The translations under genes and the position numbers were made by a program. Below the pieces are notes generated by a model, which saw nothing but the letters and a program-made list of their open reading frames with translations, did not search any database and had not been told where the DNA came from. 64,000 nucleotides of DNA from an uncultured Actinomycetes bacterium (GTDB lineage: Bacteria; Actinomycetota; UBA4738; JBBDTT01), in NCBI GenBank assembly GCA_963742735.1, contig CAVUMN010000001.1:1-64000 (forward strand), given 5' to 3'. Of the stretch, positions 57,053-64,000 are shown in pieces (positions within the stretch are counted from its first letter, which is position 1; every line of letters begins with the position of its first letter).

Positions 57053-58041
57053 GGTTTCACCTTCGGCAGCACGGTCTCCTGGAACAGCCGCAGCCCCTCC
57101 CAGCCCCACTCGGGCGGCATTCCGGAGATCAGCGGGTTCAGGACCACGTTGCCCATCGGGCCGAGCGACTCGATGAACGCCACGGCGTCGTCGGGGGTCA
57201 GCACCTTGAACAGGCCCTCCTCGCGGAGCTCGGCCGGCGACTGCGCGTACGACGAGACCTGCGAGCGGACGTCAGGCGACTGCAGGGCGCGGTAGGACTC
57301 CACCTCGTACCAGAAGTACGGCTCGAACCGCGCCCAGTCGCGTTCGGGGTCCTCGGAGACGTACAGGTACCCGACCTCCTGGGGCAGGATCACCAGCCCG
57401 CCTCCCCAGCCGTCCGCGGCGCACGCCTCCTTGTAGACCCGCTCCAGCTCCGGATCCGCGATGGCGGGGAGGAATCCCACCCGAAGCCGGGCCGCGCGCT
57501 TCGCCGCCGCGGCGCTGGATCCGCCCATGAGGATCATCGGCTCGGGCGAGCTCACCGGCCGTGGCGTGACCTTCACGGTGCGTCCCCGGTACTCGAACGG
57601 CTCGCCGGTCCACGCCTGCCGGCAGACCGAGATCGCCGCTTCCACGAGCTTGCCGCGGCCTTTGGGCTCGACGCCCTGCATCGCCAGCTCGAACTCGACG
57701 TAGCCGGCGCCGGCGATGAGCCACAGCCGGCCGGGTCCGGCGGTGATGTCCACCACCGCGATCTGCTCCGCAACGCGGACGGGGTCGTGGAACGGGAACA
57801 CCAGCGCCGCGATCATGATCCGAACCGTCTCGGTCACCGCGCCGACCGCGGCGGCGAAGGTCAGGGGGGATGGCAGCCAGCCGTCGTCCATCCCGTGGTG
57901 CTCCGTGAGCGTGATGATGTCGGCGACGCGGTGCTCGTCCGCCCACGCGGCCTGCTCCAGGCAGGCTCGGTAGAGGTCGGCGTGCGAGGCCTCGGCGAAC
58001 GGCGCGGTGCGCAGGTCGTAGCGGATCGCGATGAACGGCAT
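57049..58041 (-). CDS. Luciferase-like (LLM) oxidoreductase
   Basis: RYDLR, LTEHHG.DDGWLPSP, HDPVRVAEQ, GAGY, GGSS.AAAKRAAR. Confidence 0.88.
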   Translation of the reverse strand: MPFIAIRYDLRTAPFAEASHADLYRACLEQAAWADEHRVADIITLTEHHGMDDGWLPSPLTFAAAVGAVTETVRIMIAALVFPFHDPVRVAEQIAVVDITAGPGRLWLIAGAGYVEFELAMQGVEPKGRGKLVEAAISVCRQAWTGEPFEYRGRTVKVTPRPVSSPEPMILMGGSSAAAAKRAARLRVGFLPAIADPELERVYKEACAADGWGGGLVILPQEVGYLYVSEDPERDWARFEPYFWYEVESYRALQSPDVRSQVSSYAQSPAELREEGLFKVLTPDDAVAFIESLGPMGNVVLNPLISGMPPEWGWEGLRLFQETVLPKVKP

Positions 58042-58057
58042 CCCGGACTCCAGTGAA

Positions 58058-58076
58058 ACCTGACGGTGCGTCAGAT
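58058..58076. promoter_or_regulatory. 19-bp palindromic operator, copy 5
   Basis: ACCTGACGG-T-GCGTCAGAT upstream of the LLM-isochorismatase-tetR operon. Confidence 0.8.
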
Positions 58077-59002
58077 CATTTCACGGCCACGGGGTGGACG
58101 GGACTGCCGAGCCCCCGCACGAACGGCAGCGGCGAGGCGTCGAGCAGGAACCCGTACTGCCAGTCGGCCGCGCAGTCCGCGGCCAGCGCCTCGAGGTCGA
58201 AGTTCTGGCCCTGGGTCAGCCCCATCTCGATGAGGTCCAGGATGTGCAGCGGAAGCACCAACGAGCGGTCCTCGAGGGGCCACACCTCGAACGCAACGGT
58301 GTCGGTGGCCACCGCGGAGACGTCGCGGTCGTGGAACCAGGCGGCGCAGGCCATGCCTGGCCCCGGCGAGTCCCCGGTCGAGTACTCCTTGATCCGTCCC
58401 TCGTGCACGAGCTGCATGTGGCCCGTCCGGATCAGGATCGCGTCGCCCGGCTCGACGGGGACGCCTCCGATCCGCTCGGCCGCGTCGAGGTCCTCCGGGG
58501 TGATCGGATAGCCGGGGGCGAGCCGGGGCAGCTCCTTGGCCCGGGCGACGTCCAGCAGGATCCCCCGGGTGATCAGCGTGCCGGCCTTGTCGATCCCGCA
58601 GCGCGCGGCCCCCGCCTCGGTGATCGAGTCGGCCGGGTGGCCGTTGTACAGCCGCCCTCCCTGTGAGACGTGGGCCAGCGCGTCCCAGTGCGTGGCGCAC
58701 TGCAACGGCATCGAGACCTCGTCGTCGCTGAAGCGGACGCCGTCGGGGTTGCGTCCAAGGGGCTGGTTCACCGAGAGCATCGTGCGCACGGGGTTCTTGC
58801 GACCGATCTGGGTGGGGGCGATCCCGTCCTCGGTCAGCGGGACGGTCAGGGAGATCCGACGGCCCGTGCTCACCGCGGCCACGCCGCGGCGGACGACCTC
58901 GTCGGTGATCAGGTTCAGGGTGCCGGTCTCGTCCTCGGCCCCCCAGCGCCCCCAGTTGCTGACACGGCCGGCCAGGTCCAGGAAGGCCTCGGGGAACGTC
59001 AC
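58076..59002 (-). CDS. Cyclase family (kynurenine formamidase-like) metal hydrolase
   Basis: SNWGRWG..DE.GTLN, QCATHWDALAH, GDAILIRTG, GSPVHPVA. Confidence 0.88.
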   Translation of the reverse strand: MTFPEAFLDLAGRVSNWGRWGAEDETGTLNLITDEVVRRGVAAVSTGRRISLTVPLTEDGIAPTQIGRKNPVRTMLSVNQPLGRNPDGVRFSDDEVSMPLQCATHWDALAHVSQGGRLYNGHPADSITEAGAARCGIDKAGTLITRGILLDVARAKELPRLAPGYPITPEDLDAAERIGGVPVEPGDAILIRTGHMQLVHEGRIKEYSTGDSPGPGMACAAWFHDRDVSAVATDTVAFEVWPLEDRSLVLPLHILDLIEMGLTQGQNFDLEALAADCAADWQYGFLLDASPLPFVRGLGSPVHPVAVK

Positions 59003-60438
59003 CCAGCCGCGGCCTTCTTGCGGGGGCGTGAGCGGACGGTCACGGGCGGGTCGAGCAGCTCGGCCAGGGCGTCGGGGATGAACCCGGCCAGGTCCCACAG
59101 CCCGGGGACCGTCTCGCGGCACGCGATGAGCCCCCAGAACAGCGTGTTCATGAACGACACGACGGTGATGTTCAGGCCCACTCCGTCGAACACCGGGCCC
59201 AGCGGGTACAGCCCGGTCAGCCGCGCGCCGGCGAAGTACAGCGGGATGGGTGGCCCGGGGACGTTCGAGATGATCAGGTTGACGGCCACGGGGTGCCGCT
59301 CGGCGAGGCGCAGGCCGGTGTAGACGCGCGCGGCGAGCGAGAAGGTGGTCGGCGCCGCGAACTCCATCCAGTTCTGCAGGAGGTCCGCGCCGATCGCGTG
59401 GTGCTCCTCCTTGGCGCCCCTGTTCGCCTCGTGGATGGCCCTGAGCCGCTTGATGGGGTCGTCGACGTCCGTGTACAGCGAGGAGAACAGGGCCGAGACG
59501 CGGTTGCTCCCCTTCCCCTCCTCGTCGTCGTCCCCGCGGACGGAGACGGGCACCGCGGCGATGAGGGGCTTGTCCGGGATCTCGTCGTAGCGCGCCAGAT
59601 GCCGCCGGAGGGCGCCGGCGCAGATGGCCTGGATCACGTCGTTGACCGTGGTCCCCTCGCGGTTCTTGATCGCCTTGACGTCGTCCAGCGAGATCTGGAT
59701 CAGGGCGATCTCGCGGTGCGGCGTGATCGGCGAGTTGTAGATCGTGCGCGGCGCCGTGAGGGGCGCGGCCATGCCCGGGCCCTCGTGCTCGCGCCGGGTC
59801 CGCGCGAACCGCCGGACGGCCGCGAACGTCTGCGGGACGACCTTCACGAACTGCCACGGGCGCGTGGCCCGGTCCACCAGCGCCCGCGCCGCCAGCTCGA
59901 CGTCCGAGGGGACCCGGTCGGCCCGCCACGGCTTCGCCGGGTCGGGTTCGGCCGTGGGCGCGGACTCCAGGTCGAAGAAGTGCACCATCATGTTCGCGCC
60001 GGAGACGCCGTCGATCGTGGAATGGTGCATCTTCGCGATGACCGCAACCCGGCCGTGGGCGAGCCCCTCGACCACGACGAGCTCCCACAGCGGGCGGCTG
60101 CGGTCGAGCGGCCGGCCGGCGATGTCGTCGGCCAGCTCGGCGAGCTCGCGATCCGACCCGGGCGGCGGAGCCCCCACCCGGCGCACGTGGTTGTCCAGGT
60201 CGAAGTCGGGGTCCTCCACCCATACCGGATGACTGAGGTTGAAGGGGACCTTGGCCAGACGCCGGCGAAGCGGAGCGGCCAGATGCAGCCGGCTGCGGAT
60301 CATCTCCTTGACCCGGTCGAAGGAATAGCCGCCCGGCATCGTGGACGGGTCGAACTCGATGATCGCCAGCACGTGCATGTGCTGGTTTGGACGTTCGAAG
60401 TACAGGAACGTCGCGTCCAGTCCGCTCAGTCGCTCCAC
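58999..60438 (-). CDS. WS/DGAT no. 3
   Basis: GLDATFLY, RPLWE, HHSTIDG, SNVPGP. Confidence 0.92.
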   Translation of the reverse strand: MERLSGLDATFLYFERPNQHMHVLAIIEFDPSTMPGGYSFDRVKEMIRSRLHLAAPLRRRLAKVPFNLSHPVWVEDPDFDLDNHVRRVGAPPPGSDRELAELADDIAGRPLDRSRPLWELVVVEGLAHGRVAVIAKMHHSTIDGVSGANMMVHFFDLESAPTAEPDPAKPWRADRVPSDVELAARALVDRATRPWQFVKVVPQTFAAVRRFARTRREHEGPGMAAPLTAPRTIYNSPITPHREIALIQISLDDVKAIKNREGTTVNDVIQAICAGALRRHLARYDEIPDKPLIAAVPVSVRGDDDEEGKGSNRVSALFSSLYTDVDDPIKRLRAIHEANRGAKEEHHAIGADLLQNWMEFAAPTTFSLAARVYTGLRLAERHPVAVNLIISNVPGPPIPLYFAGARLTGLYPLGPVFDGVGLNITVVSFMNTLFWGLIACRETVPGLWDLAGFIPDALAELLDPPVTVRSRPRKKAAAG

Positions 60439-60490
60439 GGGCCTCTCCAGCGTTTGTCGGAAGCTCGACCGTACCCGCAAACTGGAGGGC

Positions 60491-61798
60491 GTGTCACACG
60501 CGTTCCTCGTCGAGAGCATCGTCGCGCTGGTCCTCACGGCCAACGCGCTGCGACCCATCCCCGCAACGCCCATTTCGCCGGTCCTGTTCTTCCTGTCCTG
60601 GCTGACCTCCGAGCTCGCGGTTCAGTCGCTGGTCGTCCAGGCGGCGCTCACCGTCGTGTTCGTCACGAACGGCGCGCTCGATCGGCGCGGCGGGCGGATC
60701 GCGCTGGGGTTGTCCCTCGCCGTCCTCGCCGGGCTGGGCATCCTCATCTGGGAGGCCATGCGCGCGCGGGCGGTGACCGAACGCGCCCTCCGCGAGGGCC
60801 TCGGCGAGGACTATCTGTCGAAGATCCCCCCCGACCGTTCGCAGAACTACGACCTTCGGGTCCCGTGGCGCCAGCTGATCATGCCGTTCCGCCAGGTCCA
60901 TCCCGACGTCGAGCGCATCGCGAACCTGTCCTACGGGCCGTACGGGAAGCGGAACCTCCTCGACGTGTTCGTCCACAAGGACCGGCCGAAGGGTTCGCCC
61001 ATCCTCATCCAGATCCACGGCAGCGGATGGACCGTCTCGAAGAAGGAGCACCAGGGCAAGCCGATCATGCTTCACCTCGCCTCGCGCGGATGGGTGTGCG
61101 TCGCGCCCAACTATCGGCTGTCGCCCAAGGCGACGTGGCCCGATCACCTGGTGGACGTGAAGCGGGTGGTGGCCTGGGTCCGCGACCACGCGCACGAGTT
61201 CGGCGGCGACCCCGACTTCATCGCCGTGACCGGTGGCTCGGCCGGCGGTCATCTCGCCGCGATGCTCGCCCTGACCCCGGGACAGCCCGAGTACCAGCCC
61301 GGCTTCGAGGACGCCGACACCCACATCGACGCCTGTGTGCCGATCTACCCGCCGACCGACCTCGCCCACCGGACCCGGCCCTCGACCTGGGGTCAGATGC
61401 GGTTCCTCCTGGAGCCCATCGTCATGAAGGCCCGGTACAAGGACGACCCGGACCGGTTCCGCAACGCCTCGCCGCTCTACCTGGTGAAGGAGGACGCCCC
61501 GCCGTTCTTCGTCATCCACGGCAAGCACGACCTGTTGGTGCCGGTGTGGACCGCCCGAGCCTTCGTCGAGAAGCTTCGTGAGGCCTCGCTGCGGCCGGTC
61601 GTGTACGCCGAGCTCGCGGGAACCCAGCACGCCTTCGACGTGTTCCCCTCCATCCGAACGGCCCACATGGTCCGGGCCGTCGAACGGTTCCTGGACTACC
61701 TCCTCGCGACGCGGGGCGAACCCGTTCCCGGCCACGGCGCCGACATCCCCGAGCGGCGGGCCGGCGCCGAGTCCCCTAGCGGCGCTCGTCCGGCCTGA
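60491..61798 (+). CDS. Membrane-anchored alpha/beta hydrolase (HSL-like esterase, LipM/LipO-like)
   Basis: N-terminal TM segments, IHGSGW, NYRLSP, GGSAGG, HGKHD, QHAFD. Confidence 0.88.
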   Translation: MSHAFLVESIVALVLTANALRPIPATPISPVLFFLSWLTSELAVQSLVVQAALTVVFVTNGALDRRGGRIALGLSLAVLAGLGILIWEAMRARAVTERALREGLGEDYLSKIPPDRSQNYDLRVPWRQLIMPFRQVHPDVERIANLSYGPYGKRNLLDVFVHKDRPKGSPILIQIHGSGWTVSKKEHQGKPIMLHLASRGWVCVAPNYRLSPKATWPDHLVDVKRVVAWVRDHAHEFGGDPDFIAVTGGSAGGHLAAMLALTPGQPEYQPGFEDADTHIDACVPIYPPTDLAHRTRPSTWGQMRFLLEPIVMKARYKDDPDRFRNASPLYLVKEDAPPFFVIHGKHDLLVPVWTARAFVEKLREASLRPVVYAELAGTQHAFDVFPSIRTAHMVRAVERFLDYLLATRGEPVPGHGADIPERRAGAESPSGARPA

Positions 61799-63365
61799 CG
61801 CTGAACCCGAGCGCCTCCAGGTCCCACGTTTCCTCGGTCACGCCGCGGTCGCGTAGCAGGTGCTTCATCACCCGCAGGGTGGCCGTCTTCGGGAGCTCGG
61901 GCAGGACTTCCACGTAGCGCGGGATCGCGAAGTAGGGCAGCGTGGCCTTGAAGTACTCGAACACTTCGTCCGGCCGGAACTCGGCGCCGGGCTCCAGCAC
62001 CAGGCAGGCCTTGATGTCGTCCTCGGTGAGGGCCGAGGGCACCGCGTGGACGGCCGCCTCGGCGACCCTGGGGTGGGCCACGATCGCCCGTTCGAGCTCC
62101 ACGGAGGAGACGTTCTCGCCGCGGCGGCGCAGGGCGTCCTTCTTGCGGTCCACGAACGTGAGGACGCCGTCCCCGGACATCCGGCCGAGGTCGCCGGTGT
62201 GGTGCCACAGGTTGCGCCACGCCTCGAGGGTGGCCTCGGGCTTGCCCCAGTACCCCAGATAGACGGCGTTCGGGATGCGGGGGCGAACGACGATCTCGCC
62301 CGGCTCCCCCGCTGGGACCTCGCCGTCCTCCTCGTCGACGACGCGCACGTCCAGGTACGGCGCCGGCCGGCCGACGCTCGCCGGGTCGACGCCCTCGGAG
62401 AGCGCGCTGTATGCGATCGCGCCGGTCTCGGTCTGGCCGTACAGCTGGGACAGCACCCGGGCGCCGAACCGCTCCTCGAACCGCCGTTGGTCGTCGACCG
62501 CGAACGGGATCATCAGCGCGACCCGGAGCCGGCCGGCGCGGTCCAGGTCCGAGGGCTCCGTCGCCAGCAGGGCCATGCCCATCATTCCCACGCCCAGGAA
62601 GACGCTTGCGCCGGTCTCCGCGAACCGCTCGCGAAGGCCTCCGACCGAGAAGACCGGGTCGACGATCGCCTGCAGCCCGTAGACCAGCGTGCCCATCATC
62701 GTGCCCTGCGCCCACGCGTGGAACAGCGGCAGGCAGGTCAGCACGACGTCGTCGTCGCGGTACTCGACCATCCGCGAGCTGACGGTCGAGCCGGTGAGGT
62801 ACCAGCCGTGCGGGAGCATGCAACCCTTGGGCATCCCCGTGGTTCCGGACGTGTAGAGGATGGACAGGAGGGTCTCCGGCGACAGGTCCGCCTCCGGGAG
62901 CTTCGCGTCGGCCGAGGCGAGCTCCGCGAAGGGGGTGTTCTCGATCCCCTCGACCGAGCCGTCGTCGAGGGTGACCGCCCGGACCAGGTCCGGAAGCTCG
63001 GCCATCAGCGGGGCCACGGCCCCCACCCCGGCCGCGTCGGTGACCAGGGTCGAGGCCTGCGAGTCGCGGAGCTGGTAGCGGAGGAACTCACCCTTCAGGA
63101 ACACGTTCAGGGGGACGAAGACCGCCCCGAGCTTGGCGCACGCGAAGAACAGCTCGGCCATCTCGATGCGGTTCCCGGAGATCACGGCCACCCGGTCGCC
63201 CGGCCGCACGCCGAGGGCGGCCAGACCGGCGGCGGCGGACCCCGACCGCGCGTCCGTCTCTTCGAAGGTGCGCCGGTCCTCGCCGGACCATAGATATGGG
63301 GCATCCCCGAGCGCGGCGGCCTGCGAGCGCAGGGCCTCGCCCACGGTCCGCCAGGCTGGCTCCAT
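61776..63365 (-). CDS. AMP-forming acyl-CoA ligase (CaiC-like)
   Basis: YTSGTTGMPKG, LPLFH, YGQTE, HTGDLG, DRKKDALRRRGENVSS. Confidence 0.9.
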   Translation of the reverse strand: MEPAWRTVGEALRSQAAALGDAPYLWSGEDRRTFEETDARSGSAAAGLAALGVRPGDRVAVISGNRIEMAELFFACAKLGAVFVPLNVFLKGEFLRYQLRDSQASTLVTDAAGVGAVAPLMAELPDLVRAVTLDDGSVEGIENTPFAELASADAKLPEADLSPETLLSILYTSGTTGMPKGCMLPHGWYLTGSTVSSRMVEYRDDDVVLTCLPLFHAWAQGTMMGTLVYGLQAIVDPVFSVGGLRERFAETGASVFLGVGMMGMALLATEPSDLDRAGRLRVALMIPFAVDDQRRFEERFGARVLSQLYGQTETGAIAYSALSEGVDPASVGRPAPYLDVRVVDEEDGEVPAGEPGEIVVRPRIPNAVYLGYWGKPEATLEAWRNLWHHTGDLGRMSGDGVLTFVDRKKDALRRRGENVSSVELERAIVAHPRVAEAAVHAVPSALTEDDIKACLVLEPGAEFRPDEVFEYFKATLPYFAIPRYVEVLPELPKTATLRVMKHLLRDRGVTEETWDLEALGFSVRPDERR

Positions 63366-63381
63366 GGGTCCGTACGATACG

Positions 63382-63400
63382 ATCTGACGCACCGTCAGAT
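63382..63400. promoter_or_regulatory. 19-bp palindromic operator, copy 6
   Basis: ATCTGACGC-A-CCGTCAGAT between two divergent CoA ligase genes. Confidence 0.85.
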
Positions 63401-63418
63401 ATTCACCTCGGGAGTCCT

Positions 63419-64000
63419 GTGACCCAGCGCGTCGACGTTTCGGGTAGACCGCTCGCGCTGCGAGAGCTCGACCTCGAGCGCCTCCTGCACCCGAAGGTGA
63501 TCGCGGTGATCGGCGCGTCGGACTCGCCCGGCAGCCAGAGCGCCCTGAACTACCGGTTGCTCACCGGCTGGTCCCAGTCCCAGGGCCGCCGGGTCGTCCC
63601 GGTCAACCCCAACCGGGCGTCCGTGGCCGGCGAGCGCTGCTACGCCTCCCTGGCGGAGGTCCCCGACGACGTCGACGTTGCGGTGTGCCTGACCCAGGAC
63701 GCCGCCGGCGCCCTGCGGTCCGCGATCGAGGCCGGCGTGCCCTACGCCGTGATCTTCACCGCCGGGTTCGCCGAGACCGGCCCGGAGGGAGCCGCGCGGC
63801 AGGCCGAGCTCGAGTCGCTCATCGCCGGAGGTGACGTTCGCGTCCTGGGGCCGAACACGCCGCTGAACTCGTTCCAGCCGTTCCGAGAGGACCTGTCGGG
63901 GAGGCGGATCGCCCTCATCACCCAGTCGGGGCACCAGGGGCGGCCGATCTACCAGGGACAGGACCTCGGGATCCCCATGGAGGGATGGGCTCCCACCGGC
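63419..64000 (+). CDS. ADP-forming acyl-CoA synthetase (acetate-CoA ligase family), partial
   Basis: Manual translation: IAVIGASD, PVNP, FTAGFAETG, RVLGPN, ITQSGHQG. GGAG RBS. Open to window end. Confidence 0.88.
   Translation, partial: MTQRVDVSGRPLALRELDLERLLHPKVIAVIGASDSPGSQSALNYRLLTGWSQSQGRRVVPVNPNRASVAGERCYASLAEVPDDVDVAVCLTQDAAGALRSAIEAGVPYAVIFTAGFAETGPEGAARQAELESLIAGGDVRVLGPNTPLNSFQPFREDLSGRRIALITQSGHQGRPIYQGQDLGIPMEGWAPTG

Noticed and set aside
22808-63400. The 19-bp repeats as a CRISPR array, REP elements or IS ends
   Set aside because: They are dispersed singly kilobases apart at 5' ends of genes, with no spacers, cas genes or transposase.

Overview
High-GC actinobacterial DNA (Actinomycetota; class not determinable from sequence alone), almost fully coding. 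0-12.5 kb holds housekeeping and miscellaneous genes: a lipoprotein, uvrA (broken by many indels that look like assembly errors), a class V aminotransferase, an amidohydrolase, a TPR protein, a Cys-rich Tat lipoprotein, uvrB, a Rieske oxygenase and a secreted GH-like protein. 12.6-64 kb is a large steroid/lipid catabolic island. It contains C/D-ring (HIP) genes (echA20-ipdA-ipdB-ipdC, fadA6, ipdF, two fadE31/fadE32-like pairs), side-chain genes (fadD19-like, an igr-like ACAD/racemase/MaoC operon, DUF35 plus Ltp), three WS/DGATs each facing a serine hydrolase, four luciferase-like oxidoreductases, ribBA plus FMN reductase, TetR and IclR regulators, and a STAND-type nucleotide cyclase. The main unannotated signal is a 19-bp palindrome (consensus WYCTGACG-SWS-CGTCAKAY) found six times, always in promoter regions of the island, with no KstR2-type box noticed at the C/D-ring promoters. 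Also seen: a duplicated 36-bp IclR-type operator linking ribBA/FMN reductase to an LLM gene, two KstR-type boxes, and three strongly structured intergenic regions (7.6, 46.6-47.3 and 50.1 kb). No rRNA, tRNA, CRISPR array or transposase was seen. Gene names come from remembered family motifs, not from database searches.
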